DNA from: Camelus dromedarius
Taxonomy: Eukaryota
Length of the DNA: 64,000 bases
Assembly (NCBI RefSeq): GCF_036321535.1
Contig: NC_087437.1
Coordinates: 59,212,001-59,276,000 of the forward strand
Direction: 5' to 3'
Shown here: in pieces, positions 49,268 to 63,006 of the stretch
Layout of the letters: each line of letters starts with the position of its first letter
Position numbering within the stretch: the first letter of the stretch is position 1
Position numbers and translations under genes: made by a program
Notes under the pieces: generated by a model
Told to the model about the DNA's origin: nothing
The model's input: only the letters and a program-made list of their open reading frames with translations
The model's database searches: none

Positions 49268-52200
49268 TAATCTCACAAAATGCAGGCAAGATGTAACTGG
49301 GACAGGCATTCTAATGTCGACACTCAAAATATCTGCATGATCAAGAAAGGCAAATTTGCTATAACAGAGTCTGAACACATGTTTCTAAATTGGCCAGTGG
49401 AAAACAGCAAACATACTTAAAAATGAAAACTCTCTAAAACATTTTCACACTTTGACTTGGTAGGTCTCATCTTACTGAGCCAACCGCCAGGCACCCACTA
49501 CTCTCTCCTTCAAAAACTGGAGTGGGCATGTGGCAGTGCCGAGGGCACGATACCCAGTAACTATGTGCTTTTAAATGCCTTCTAGTTTACTTTATCAACC
49601 AAACACAGTAAGCTGCACCATTACTAAGAACTTGAAGGCAAAAACTGTGATTTGTCACAAGGAAGCTACATTAGATTGGGAGTGGGGGGTGGGTAGGTGA
49701 GGATACAGATTTGAAGATTATTCATCTGGTAGCCTCTTTATTGTCATAGCTAAAAAGAGAGCTTTTACCCTCACCTTAAACGAAGTCCACAAGAAAATAT
49801 TTAGCATTAGGACAGATACAGAAGAGACTCGGTATAGGATGCTTCAGGTGATCCAAATAACAAATAATTCCTTTCCAGTACAAGCACACACATGACAAAC
49901 TTTAGTATTTAATCTGAGGTGACAGTTCACTACTTGGATCTATCTTTCTCCCTAAGGTGTTAAAACTCTTCAATCTAATTGCAGGGAAAAAAAAAATCAC
50001 TGTTCCTAAATCAATGTGAAAGCTGTCACTTTTTGTTTTATAGCAAGTAGTACTGTTAAAGGATCACAGAAAATGGTAACAGAAATGCTGACTTAAAAAA
50101 GAGGGCAGAAACACATGGGCCTTGTCTGTATGTCCAGACGAGCCAGTTGGGCTGAAGGCAACGCGTAACAGGCTGAGTTAAGCCAAGGATATTTAAATAG
50201 AAGACACACACACATAATTAAATCCATCATTCCCCAACTGTGGAAAGTGAGGCAAGCAATAAAATTAAAACTAATTCCACTGTGAACAGAATCACGACTA
50301 AATAGTATTCTTTTTATATTAATGTGCATTTTTAAAAAATCCTCACGTCCCTATTAAAAGCAACGAACACTTGTTATAATTTTAAAAATAAACTAAGTCA
50401 CAAGGAACACTAGGGATCCCCCCTCCACTGTAATTAGACTCATATTTTGTCCTTGTAACCACACCTCCCCAAATATCATACACAAAAAATACACTGTAAG
50501 CAAGCGTTAAGTTAGTTTACAAACACAAGCATACCACACACATCCTCAGCCACAATTTAATTCACGAGCAGAAATAAAAGGAGCTGCCGGCATGCTAGAA
50601 TGACAACGAAATCAAGGGAGCGCAGACGATGGCAAGAGGGGAGAGGCAAGCATGTGCAAGGAGAGGGAAAAGCTGGAGCATCGCGGGGCTTAGAATGAGC
50701 AGCCAGGTCTCCCCAGTCTGGGCTACGTCCCTGAAGCAGGAGATCACAGGAGCCCCAACAACTGGATCTTGTGACTTGCTCCTGGAAAGAATGGTTAAAT
50801 AATCAAGCATATCCCTTAAAGAAGGGAAAGAGGCTATCACAGTCCAGCAGAAAAACCACAAAGAACTTTCTAAAAGATCTACAGCTAAAATTCTCCTGCT
50901 TCTTAGACCAGTCCAAGCTGTTCATTCTAGAACTCCAATGCCAGCTTACTCCTGGAGTAGCAGTGTCTTTTAGGAAAGGATTTCATGGGTAATATGTAAG
51001 ACATATAGCCATGCGTGTGGTGGGGGGGGTGTGTTATAATGGTACTATAGTTTTTCATAAAAGTCTTCCTCCATACCAATCCTGAATATAACACAAAGAC
51101 AATCAGAATTAGCATTCTGTCTAAATAAGCTGAAATAATATCCTAAGTAGCATAAAGACTATAGTTAACATCTGGATTTTTCCCCAAAAAGGAAAACTTA
51201 ATCAGGGCAAATTCGCAGGTGTTATGAAAATACATAATGGTTCATGACTCCAGCTCCACATCTACCACTAAGCGGCCTGGGTTTAGCGGGTGCAGGCTAG
51301 GCAGGAATGCGTCTCCGTAAGGGAATACGCAGCACCGATCTTCTCCAACCTGGGTAAAGCTTTACAGAAAACCACAGATGACGGCGCCTGCACTGAGGAT
51401 TTCTCATTCAGCAGATCCAGAGCGGAGTTTAAGGCATTTCTGAATATTACTATCTTAAGAATCTTTTTTTTTTTTCAGTCAGAGAATAAGTATTAGCATC
51501 TGGGCTGCTAAAGATCATTATAGGAAAAAGAAACTTAGCTAAGTGAAAGTTTTAACTTTGATTATTTACAAACGGTTTATTTAACCTATTTTCAATTTGA
51601 TTCAATGGACACTTATTGAGGCCAAATGAGAAAGAAAAAGAATCACTACGGGAAATAAATTACTACTACGTAAACATCTTTCCTGTATTAGGTTAGCTGC
51701 ATGAATGTTCAATGGGCCAAATAAACATAACAGCTAAAATGTCTACTATTAAATAAAAATGATGCCTAAAAGTTCATTTGAAGTTCATTTAAAAGTTCTT
51801 TAAAGAATATGGAAGTTTTCTGTTCTAGGAATATTATGGTCCTGGGTCCAGATAAAACTGAATTTGAACTCCAGTTCTAACACTGTTTCCTCATCTGTGA
51901 AGAAAGGGGTATCTTTAGTCTCTCTATCCTGATCTCCTGCGGTTGTAACAATTGAGGGAATTTATACAAAATGCCTCGCAGCATCCACCACAGAAGGTGG
52001 GTATTGAAAACAGTGGCTACTGTTTGTCTCCATTTTGTCACCCGATTGTTGCATTCGTTTGCATCTCTGCGGCCCCACAGCATAAGGCAGTGTGGCACAG
52101 TGGAAAAAACAGTCCTGAAATCAGAAACCCTGGCTTCCACTCCCAGCTCTGCCATTCATGAGCTGCGTAAGCAGAGCATGTCGACAGAATGCTGTTTCTT

Positions 52201-52609
52201 TATGTATAAAACGAAGCTGGAAACACCTTAAGATAGGAAGGATCCTGGAGGCATTGTATAGCTTGCCTTGTCGATCACCAGGTTATTTTGGGATATGGTT
52301 ACTAGGGACTTCCAGGTGAGGTTCCTGGCTTCCCAACTCAAATGTGTGAGACCTGCAGCCTAGTCCAGGCTCTCTAGCTTTGAAACTTCCAACCCTGGTC
52401 TCCGGGTCTATATGGGAAGGAAGGAAAAGGAGAAACATGGCTGTGCTCCCCCAAAAGTAAAAGAAGGTTGGGAGCTGCAGTCTGGGAAGACCTCATGAGA
52501 TTCTTGGTAGAAAAGAGCACAGAACGGGCGGGTGTGAAACGGGGGTTTGTGGTGAGGGGGCGCTGTGGCAGCCATGGAAGTCACTCTCGCCTTTACTTTC
52601 TTTCTCAGC

Positions 52610-52830
52610 TTACGGCAGGGATCTCTGGCCTGTGTGCTGCTGTCAGATGTTTACTTAGCAGCAGCCCCAGGCTCCACCCACCACATGGTCCCCAGGCTCC
52701 ACCCACCACATGCCAGCGGCAGCACCACCCCCTCAACTGTGACAACCAAAAATGTGTCCAGGCACTGCTAAATGTCCCCGGGAGGGGGTGGCGGTGGGGT
52801 GGGGGGAGATTACCCCTGACTGAGAACCTC
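52610..52830 (-). mobile_element. MER20 remnant with an internal 25-bp tandem duplication
   Basis: TGTGACAACCAAAAATGTGTCCAGGCACTGCTAAATGTCCCC...TGAGAACC. Confidence 0.75.
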
Positions 52831-54604
52831 AGCCTTCCAGTAACGTTACCAACTGCTCAGCTCTTGAAGGGTCATGAATGTGAACAGCCAGTGCGCCTCA
52901 CGTGCAGAGAGGTTATACAAACTCTCTTTTCTAAAGCCAATTATTTTTAAAATGCTTCTTTAATTGTGACCACAGAAACTGAAGGCTGAAATTCTTGTCT
53001 ACGCAATGATGCTCAGAACCAGTAAAGATTGGGAGCTGCTGGAGCCTCCCTGCTCTAGGCCACTCTCTCCGCAGGACACTTTTAGAGGTACAACTTCACA
53101 TGAAAAACATAGCCTTTTAGAAATAAGGACACATACTTATTCATAAATTTTTAGAAAACAGACGTAGCCAGTGATAGAATTTTCTGCCACTTAATTTTGG
53201 ATAAAAAGTGAGAAGGGTTTTCCAATTTAGATGTTTTAAAGGAGCTTTATGATACCCACTTTCGACTAAATCAGGATCTAACTCTTCAGAACCCACATTC
53301 CCTGTTTAGATCAATAGTTGGAGACCTCTTTGGAAAAGCTAAAAATTCAATGTAAATGTTTTCCTTGGCCTAGGCCTTGCCAATACAAACTTTTTTTATA
53401 TGAGGACTGATAATATGAGCCAAAGTTAACCCTTTGAAGTAACAGAATGAGGCACCAAGAGCTAAAAAAAAAAAAGACACAGAGGAGATTTAGCTCAAGG
53501 ACTCGAGCTTCTAACACAGCTCTGGTCATACTACTAGGCACTGCCTTGAGAAAAAGAAACTAAAGTGGATGCCGGACTCATCACATCATTATAAAACTAT
53601 TCCTACTCATTATCAAGCTTTAGAAAACGAAATGGTGCTCTCCGGGACCTCTAGCCGATCCCGTGATGCCACACCAGGCATCAAGCCTAATGAACTACCG
53701 AAGTGAAGCTCAGGATGTGGCTACTCAGGTAAAAGAAGGCTAAAATGAGTGAGTGACCCATGCCAGGGAATCCTCTTGGATTCCACAAGCTTCCTTGTGG
53801 CCCAGGATGAGTGAACGGTTTAAACTCATGAGTGTAAAGCATATCACCCAGCTACAAACAGCAACGGGCAAAATAATGAGGGTGTGAGACTTTATATCGT
53901 CAAGTTCTCTATACTAAAAAAGCTGGCTCAGAGCTGTGATTCAACAGTACTGGTTTAAAAAAATAAGACTAACTCATATTTTCCATGAAGAATGTCAGCC
54001 TAACACCAAAAAATAGGTTTTATTCATCTGTTTCTCTTTTATTTTTACCTCAAAAAAAGTCAAAAGTCCTAAAGCATGGTTTGTATTAAAAAAAAAAAAA
54101 AAAAAGCATGGTCTGAAAATTTTTCTGAATGAGAGACATGCTGGGGAAAACCAAAAGAGCCACTCAAAATTGAGGCACAGTAACTGATAAGAAATCAGAA
54201 ATAATTCTTCAGAATTCTGACCTTTCAACTCTGACTCGTGAAGAAAGATTCCCATTTCATAACTTTATTTATATGAATCTCATTTAGCTTCTAATAGGAC
54301 TCATCAAAACTAGAACTTAAAATTTAAGACAGACAAAAATGGAAAATTAACTCTTACACCACAAGACCTTCACAAAAACAGAAGGTAAGGATTGGAATGG
54401 AGAAGAGACTTATGAAACTTCTGAAGTCCTAAGAAGCCTGTAACAAATGTTCACCATGAGTTTTCTAGGACTCCTTACAAAAAAAATGAAATGCCAGGCA
54501 CAGAAGAAAAGGTTGAACAACACACAACAGAATCTCACCCTACACGATGCAGAGCACACAACTGACAGAGCCTAGATATACGTGAAAAAGGGCTGATTTC
54601 CAAC

Positions 54605-54694
54605 CTGCGGAGGCTGTGTGATGGTGAAGCGATATTCTCCTTGTTTGTCTCGATTGAACACAACTTTCCAAAGGACCATGTCAAGGAAGAAGTT
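54605..54694 (-). CDS. ATP13A3: ATP13A3 90-nt in-frame cassette exon (NFFLDMVLWKVVFNRDKQGEYRFTITQPPQ)
   Basis: CTCTCAG|AAC ... CAG|GTTGGA, phase 0-0, open frame. Matches my recollection of the long ATP13A3 isoform insert. Confidence 0.8.
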
Positions 54695-56162
54695 CTGAGA
54701 GATATTCCAGTGAGTGAAGAATTAAAAATGACCATGTCATTCCTTATTAATGCATACATTTACAAAGGCTCACACAATGCTGAACATTAGTAAAAAACAT
54801 GATTTGGTTTTCACATAGAGAATTTCAGTTACTACTGCAAAAGGATAAATAACGACAGGACTTTAGTAACAAATAGAAATCATCATAAAAATTCTTGATA
54901 AAATGGGGCCTCTAAATTTTCTACAAAATATGGCTTTTATCTGAATCCTCGGGTCTTTCCCATGTTAAAATACTTACAACCTCAAGCCCTTCTCTTAACA
55001 GTGAGTTATTTGTATCTAAAAGAGTATGATTTCATCAAAGTCCAAAACAATTCTTTTGATAGTGAGCAAGAATAAATTAAGAGGAATTAAGAAAAGAGTA
55101 CCTAAAAATTGTTTTTTAAAAAGATTTTATCTGAAATAACACTTGAATGAAAAGGTGAACTTAAACTATAGAAAAAGGAAAGCTTTTAAAATATAATACC
55201 TTGGATGTGCCTTCTAGTGTCCATAAAATAGCAAAAATACTTTAAATTGGACAACTTGAAGAGATCAGTACCACATAATCATGCTGCCTACTGTGGCCCC
55301 AATTTAAATACCAAGTCATCTTTTAGAAAGCTAACAAATTACATGTAATTTCCAAGTCTAGAACTATTATCTCTAAAGTACACGTATGTCCCATAAACTA
55401 CCTAAATTCAAAAGCCTACTCTATGAAACCCTTAACTTAAAAATCACAACTGTATCTCCTTCTTCGTTTGATATATTGCCACCAGAGGAGTGAATTATAA
55501 TAGCAGCTCTGAGAAGAGACTACATTTTATTAATAAGCAGCAAGTGAGAACTTACTATCTCCTTTCAGAGAAGCCGACCTAAAGGCGATCCGAATAGGAA
55601 AATAACTATACAGTATACAATGGATCAAAGAGCACTTAAGGCCTCTTTCCCCAGGGGAAACTTAAAAGTTAACACCAAGGAGGCAGTTCCAGCAATCAAT
55701 GCAATCAGTGGTGAGACTGGGTAAATTCAGAATGGCCACTATTTTATACTGACAATAAACGTTCTTACTATTCACATTTGCTATACTTCATGGAGACAGC
55801 CCCCTCCCTTTCCTCCTTTAAATGGGAGACTCGGGTGGTACTCTGATTTCATGGCCACTGGTTTACCAGTTTATGGGCCACCTAAACACCAATCTTCTCT
55901 CCTTTCTATCAATTACTAACTTTTGATTTCTAACTGCATATTTTCTCCCATCTCTATGAGCGCAGCTAAGTCATATCTCTTAATACGGCTATTATCAGTT
56001 CATGGAAAAGATCAGAAGAGGAGGCTAAATGAATTTAACTACAAAGAAACTGAAACTCTTTGTGGGCTTCCATAATGTTATCTATCCTCCTCCCCCATTA
56101 CCATTAAATCACCAAGAATCTCAAAGCAGCAAGGGTGCCATCTGACTATGTGATGTGCTTAC

Positions 56163-56243
56163 CTCTACCACGATCGCTACAAAGGCATTGACAAGAACAA
56201 TGATGAGCATAGTTACACGCCACGGATATGGTACACACACTAT
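56163..56243 (-). CDS. ATP13A3: ATP13A3 internal exon ([27 protein letters not shown]; last TM helix)
   Basis: CCTTACAG|ATA ... GAG|GTAAGC, 81 nt, phase 0-0. Confidence 0.95.
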
Positions 56244-56849
56244 CTGTAAGGCAAAAATTGTTAAGTTAATGCAGTTGATATTATAGCACTATATTGTAAT
56301 TTCCAGATTTATCGAATTCCTATTATATGCCAAGCACTTCCATACACCATTTCAATCCCCAACAATGCCACATGGTAGATATTGTATCGACTTTCCAGAT
56401 GATAAAACTCAAAATGGAGTAACTGGAGGTTTAAAAAATGCATTGAAGTGGCTGAGCTTAGAGCCAAATCCAATCCAGACTCAAAGTCCATGCTCTACTA
56501 AATCATGAATATCTAACAAGTCCCTGATTTTAAAATAAAGTCCTACCTTTAAATAATAAAAGGCAGACAGTGATCTAATACTAAAGTACTACTCAAAACC
56601 CCACACTGTTATAAAGACAAATTCATAAAAGAACTATGCAGATCAATTTAAGTAAGTTTTCACTTTAAAATCTGTGATTCTTTTCTAAGGCCTATAAAAG
56701 ACAAGAAAAAAGAAAAAGAAAAACAATCCTATTCATGCATTCATCCCTTTAGTACACAAATATTGACTGAGCACCTAAGATACTGTGCTAAGTGCTGGGG
56801 AGCAGTATGATCTAACACGTTTTAGAAAGATATTTACGACTCCAGCAAG

Positions 56850-57735
56850 AAGGATTTGAGGGGTGCAGACTGCTCCAGTGATAAGGCAAGAGTCGATGGG
56901 AGCCCACACTAGACTGGTGCGGGGAATAATAAGGAACATATATTTGGTCTCTGTCCCTGTTCCCGACACAGGGCTCTTAAAACTCTTAACTTCCTGTGTG
57001 ATGGGGGAGATAGAGGCGTCTTACACAAGACTCCTAAATTCTCTGGCATTTCATGGGTATCAGGAGTGTTTCACTTCTAATAAGGCTACTTTGGTGGGCT
57101 CCTGGATGGCTTCAGGATGGGGACTGGTCACCAGAAAGACTGAGCTCCACTCCCCCATCTTCCAGGAAGCGGGGAGGGTCTGAAGACTGACTCAAGAATT
57201 AGCCATGCCTATATGATGAAACCTCTAAGGGAAAAAAAAAATCCCTAAACTACAGGGTTTGGAGAGCTTCTGGATTGGTCAACACATCCATGTGCTGGGA
57301 GGGTGGTACATCCCAACTCCACAGGACAGAAGAAGCTCCTGCACTTGGGACTCTTCCAGATCTTGGCTTATGTACCTCTTCATCTGGCTGTATACTTGTA
57401 TCTTTATTGTATTCTTTATAATAAACCAATTAACGTAAGTGTTTCCTTGAGTTCTGTGAGCCATTATAGCAAATTACCAAGCCTGAGGAGGAGGTTGTGG
57501 GAACCCTGACTTATAGCTGGTTGGTGAGAAATACAGGTGACAACCTGGAACTTGCAGCTGATGTCTGAAGTGGGGGCAGACTTATGGGACAGAGCCCTCA
57601 ACCTGCAGGGTCTGTGCTGGTTCCAGGTAGTTAGTGTTAAAACTAAACTGCAAGATACCCAGTTAGTGTCCGGAGTGCTGGAGAACTGTTTGGTGTGGAA
57701 CAATCCCCACACATTTGGCGTCAGATGTGTTGTGA
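56850..57735 (+). mobile_element. ERV solo LTR (MER21-like)
   Basis: GGGGACTGGTCACCAGAAAGAC...AATAAACC...GTAAGTGTTTCCTTGAGTTCTGTGAGCC...ACATTTGGCGTCAGA. Confidence 0.75.
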
Positions 57736-57939
57736 GCAAGAAACAACAGTTTCCTTTTAGGGGGCAAATGGGATTGGAGTAAAGAGAGAAACAGAGATTC
57801 AGAATAAGAAAACTGACAGAATCTAGAAACAGACTGGCTATGAAGAGAAAAGGAAGAGACAAGTGCATGTACACATACACACATACATACACACACTCAC
57901 ACTTCTGCCTTGGATAAATGGTGGTACCAAGAAATAGTC

Positions 57940-58555
57940 GAAGCAGGACTGAGAGAGAACATGATGAGCTTAGCTTTAAAAATGCTGAATGTGAGAACCG
58001 ATGGGTGAATCACACATATAACGTTCAGTGTGCCAGTGGATATGCAGGTTAAAGCACAATTGTGAGAACCAGGCTAAGGGTATAAAGTTGGGAGTCTTCA
58101 ACACATAGACGGCAACTACAGGTAGCCCTGATGAGGATGAGGTCATCTGAATGGATACAGTAGGACAAGGGATAAGAACACACATGTGTGGGAACATTAA
58201 CATTTAAGAAACAGGCAGAGGGTTTGGAACCACAATGGAGAATGAAAATGAGGAGTCACAGAAGTAGGAAAAGACCAGAAAAGAGCAAAGCATCACAACA
58301 TTCCAGGGGGAATGTGTCAAGAATGATGGGAAGGCTAACTATCAAATTCTGCTGAGGAGTCAAGTAAGACTGGGAAAAATAAACAAATAAACAAGGGGAC
58401 AAGTCCACTGGACTTCACACGAAGGCTGTTACCTGCCTGGGCAAGGGCAGTCTCAGCAGATCTGGCAGGAGTAGAAGCCAGACCAGCTGATGAGTGTGTG
58501 GGAGGTGAGCTGAATGTAGCACTCTTTCAAAACCATAATTTGGCTGTGAAGCAGA
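57940..58555. mobile_element. L2 LINE remnant
   Basis: AAGTTGGGAGTCTTCAACACATAGA...TCAAATTCTGCTGAGGAGTCAAGTAAGA. Confidence 0.6.
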
Positions 58556-58639
58556 AGACATGTGTAGTAAGAGGGAAATAATAAATATGTTTTGTTTTCT
58601 TCTTTGCTTAAAGTGCTTATCTAAATCCCTCAGTGAAGC

Positions 58640-61400
58640 ATGTGGGGAAACAGATGCTCATACACTGCTTGTAAGACTATAAACCATCAACCTCTTCAAA
58701 GTTCAATAACACAGTATTTATAAAACCCAAATTCTAGATATTCTTTGATCAAGCAATTCTACTTCTGCACATTAACCTCTAAAAATGCATGTTATCTTAA
58801 TGAAGCGTACAAGAATTCACAATATAGCATTGTTTATAACAAGAAAATAGTAAACAACCTAAATATCCATTAAAAGGGGATTAGTTAAAATTTGGAAAAT
58901 CCATGAAATGGAATGTTCATTGCATAAAGTTCATATAACCGAACATACAAGAAAATGAAGTCTGATCTCACTCATGCAATGAGAAGCAAAAATCCTAAAC
59001 AATATCACAGCAAACCAAATCCAGAGGATATAAAAAAGAATGCATCATGAACAAATTGGATTTATTCTAGGAATGCAGTGTTAGTTCAACATTTATCAGT
59101 TAACTGTAATTCACCACAATCTCCTGGGAGAAATACTATGTGATCATTTTAATAGCACTAGATAAAATTAAACATCTGTTTACATTAACAACACCAAAGA
59201 AGTAAGCTTCCTCAACCTGATAAAAAGTATATACCAGAAACCTACAGCCCATGATACACCCAAGGGTGAACTACCAGGAGCACTCCCTGAGGAGTCAGAA
59301 CAAGACAGGCCTCGTTGTCATGCAGCCAACATGAATGTGGTGTCAACAGACATGAAAAATACATAGAAGGCATAAGGACTGAAATGTCAGAAACAAAAAA
59401 CTTGTTACTATTTATAGATGAAAACTGTCTAAAACAAAATCCTAGAGAATCTAAAACTGCAAGAATAAAGTCTGACAAGGCTGCTGGAGATGAGATGGCT
59501 ATCCAAGATAACTGCACTGTGTGCACCAGCGTAAAAGAATTAGAACATGTAATTTTAAACAGATACTTATCAGAAGAACAAAAATCATACTACTACAGGA
59601 AAAATCTAACAAACACTTGTCTCCCTTTAGGGAGAGAACTGTCAGACTTTACTGAAAGATATTCAAGAAGACCTAGAGAAACAGAGATGTTGTTCATGGA
59701 AAGGGAGACTAAATCAATTCTCCAACTCAATTTTTGATAAACCCATTGTAATTGTAATAAAAATTCCCAGTACTTGACAAGCTAACCTTAAAATTTATAT
59801 GGAGGAGGAAAAGCTCAGGAACAGCCAAAAAGATCATGATGAACAATATGAGGTGGGGGATAAGGGGTCCTATCCAATCATATATCAAAATTACGTATAA
59901 AGTCACAGTAGTTTGGACAATGTGGTCCTAGCACAGAGGAGAATACAGAGACCTAAGAAAAAAATGCAGCACCCCTATCAGGTTGACAGTTTATACACAC
60001 ACACATTCAACTGAAAACTGATAGAGGACAGAGGTATCACTGAAGATCAGTGGGTAAAGATACGACTATTCAATAAATAATGCTCAAGTGGGTATTCATG
60101 AGGAAAACAGAAATCTTATCGTCATCTCAAAGGCTATACGTAATATTAATTCCAGGTGGATTAAAGACCAACTATGAAAGAGTTAGTCTCTTTGTAACCT
60201 TGAGACAGGACAAGCTGCCAAGTTAAGATATGAAAAGATATGAAAAGCACAGAACGTAAAGAAAAAAAAACTGTTAAAATTGACTACTGTAAAAACTTGT
60301 TTTTAAAAAGGATATTATAAACAAAGCAAAAGGATAAGCCACAAGTTGGAAGATATTCATCACATATATAGCCAAATACTTTAGAAACTCCTGAAAATAA
60401 TAAGAAAAAGACATCATATGAATAGAAAAAATGGGCAAAAGACAAACAATTCACAGAGGAAATAAAAATGGTCAATAAGCATAAAAAATGCTTAATACCA
60501 TTGGCAATTTAAAATTAATATAATTAGCAAATTAAAACCATCAGGATATATGACATTTTAACCTACTAGACAAATGTTGGCAATGATATGGAACAAGATC
60601 TTATACACTGATGGAGGTTCAGTCACTTTGGAAAGCAACTGGAACCTCAGAAAGCTAAAGGGGACAAGCTCAAAATTGTAACAGAATATACCAGAGGACC
60701 CCTTTGCCCGTAGTGGTAGACCAAGGTAGGGTTGCTGCTAATGGAAGGAGCATTTTACCACTGACACTGTTTAGAATTCCCAGGACAAGGTGATATTTAA
60801 CAGCAGATGGACTTTCAGTGGGCTTTACTGCTGTTTTTAAATTCTCTACAGCACTGCACCACCCCCTGTTGCTTGCACTTGGATGAACTCTTTGGTGCAC
60901 CATCACTTACTCCCTTACACTAAGAGGCGTATGTAAGAATGTTTACATCGGCACCATCAATCCAGGAAAAGACTATACACCCACCAGCTGTTTACCAATG
61001 GAGAACTGAGAAGTGGATTACAGTATATTCCTATAATAGAATACTACATAGAATGAAAATGAAATGCATGTGTCAACATAGTAAGGCTGATGGGAAAAAG
61101 CAACTTACAGAAAAATAGAGATCACAAGACACCGATTTCATAAAGTTCCAAAGTAAGCAAAACTATCTTTTAAGATTTATACATATACGGCAAGTGTACA
61201 GTGAAAAGTAAGACAACAAAGTAGTGGTGCCCTCAGGATGTTTGGAGAAAGGTGCACGGCCCTGTCTCGCTGGTGTTGGTAATGCTTTTTTTAGGCTAGA
61301 TGATAGAGTCATGGGTGTTATTTTATTACTATTATGCTTAACAACTTTAATTTGTGTGCACATTCTTTTGTATAAAATAAGTATTTCATTTTTCATAAAG
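58640..61400 (+). mobile_element. Old L1M, ORF2 (RT) to 3'UTR remnants, antisense to ATP13A3
   Basis: GCAAACCAAATCCAG...GGATTTATTCTAGGAATGCA. ORF 59315-59737 has decayed RT-region text (IEGIRTEMSETKNLLLFIDENCLKQNPRES, compare L1 IKGIQIGKEEVKLSLFADDM). Confidence 0.85.
60712..60907 (-). mobile_element. Internally deleted MER97-like hAT-Tip100 element nested in the L1
   Basis: Minus strand GTGCAAGCAACAGGGGG...TGTAGAGAATTTAAAAACA...AATTCTAAACAGTGTCAGTG; degenerate TIR-like ends AGTGGTAGACCAAGG / CTTTGGTGCACCATCACT. Confidence 0.6.
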
Positions 61401-61883
61401 TTTCTAAAGAGAACAAGCATGAAGAACACAATGGACAGTGAAAATGAGGCAGCGGGTGCAGACGACCCAAGGAGCAGGCTGATAAGGGAGAGGTCAAATA
61501 ACAGGATCCAAGTTCCTTATTTTTAAAGACCAAGGGACATTTGTTTGTAGACAAAGGGAAATGGAATTAGAAGCAAAGACTGAAGAAACAGGAAAGAAAA
61601 ATAACAGGCAGGGTAATATAAGTTGCTGTTTTATTTATGTTCCTTATTCTTTAACTTAGAAAACTAGGAAATAAGAGATATTGGAAAAAAGAAACATAAA
61701 CAGTTCAGTCTCTTTCTCCACAAAAGTAGAGGAAGGGGACAGATCCTAAGTCCTAGCAAGCATCCAGAAGTCTCACTGGGCCGTGTATACCAAGTGCCGT
61801 TTTCCATTGCTGTCTCACCCCTGCTGCCCCAGACACCACCACTCCCGCACAACCAGTAATAACTTGATGTGCTTACACCTTAC

Positions 61884-61972
61884 CTGAAGAACCTGGTCAA
61901 CAGAGTCAACTGGATGCAACATGATGAATAATATGAAAACATACAAAACAATCACAGACACAACAAAAAAAT
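61884..61972 (-). CDS. ATP13A3: ATP13A3 internal exon ((Y)[29 protein letters not shown])
   Basis: TTTTTCAG|AT ... CAG|GTAAGG, 89 nt, in frame with the next exon. Upstream exons lie beyond the window. Confidence 0.95.
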
Positions 61973-62965
61973 CTGAAAAAGAAAGTAAAACAATTAAATT
62001 AGGGTGTTCCTTTAAATTAAAAAGGCATATAATGTAATGACTGGTTCGCTGTCAATTCTAAATTTAGTTTTGAATACTTCTATTTAGGCTGATTCAGTAT
62101 ATAAAATGTGTGCTCTGTGATATTTCCTAGCATATAATACATCATGCAGGCCCAAAGGATTCATTTACACAATGTGAAAATCATCTGCATTTACAAAAAT
62201 ACAAGACAAACCTTTATGGACATTTATTTGTTCTTCTCACGCTACTTTATAGGATAAGCCACTATACAAATCACAAATAGGAGATTATGTATGGAAAAAT
62301 GAGATTATCATTTAAAATATGTATGCAATGAAATTATTGCTAACTGTAAAAATGCTGAATAACATTTATTTTCAGTATTGGGTATGTTATCACCCTAAAC
62401 AGGCATTCTAAGTTGAATTTAAGTATATTTCTGTTAAGTGAATCCCACTTTTTCATTGATTTCCTTTGTGAAAATATTTCCATAGAAAATGCTAGCTCAA
62501 GACCCAGAAATTGAGTTGATCTACTATTTTAAATGTGGGCTAAGCCAGTGGCTTGCTGTGGTAGCTAAGAATGGTAAATTCCATCCATCAGCACTTTGAA
62601 TCACTTACCTAACTCAAAAATAAAACTCCCTGCTTGTGGTCATTTTGTTAACTGTGTACATACATACATTCACACACACACATATACAAGCACACCCTTA
62701 TATATAATGAGCCATGAGAAAGCTCAGAAATAGTCTCAGAATTAAAAACAAAATCACAAATCCAAAAAAAAAAAGTCTCAATTATATTAACAGCCCCAAA
62801 CTTTTTCTTTCTTTTTTCTTGGTCTGGGTATTTATTTCCAAGCTCCTATTAGTGGCTGGCTTCAAATTCAAACTCTACTAAGACCACATATAACCACAAC
62901 TTTATCATAAAGACTTTAGAGTGTGTCAAGAAGTGAATAGAAATAATATTCTGATATATTTACTG

Positions 62966-63006
62966 TTACACACACACATATATATATACACACACACACA
63001 CACATA
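62966..63006. repeat. (CA)n(TA)n(CA)n microsatellite
   Basis: Direct reading. Confidence 0.9.

Noticed and set aside
55477..55492. Weaker CTCF-like motifs (TGCCACCAGAGGAGTG here; AGGTGGCGCTG on - near 12310)
   Set aside because: Only half of the consensus matches; not supportable without a PWM scan or ChIP data.
59315..59737. 140-aa ORF
   Set aside because: Decayed L1 ORF2 with the catalytic FADD motif destroyed; not a gene.
60670..60906. 78-aa ORF that looked like a processed pseudogene fragment
   Set aside because: Better explained as a MER97-like DNA transposon remnant.
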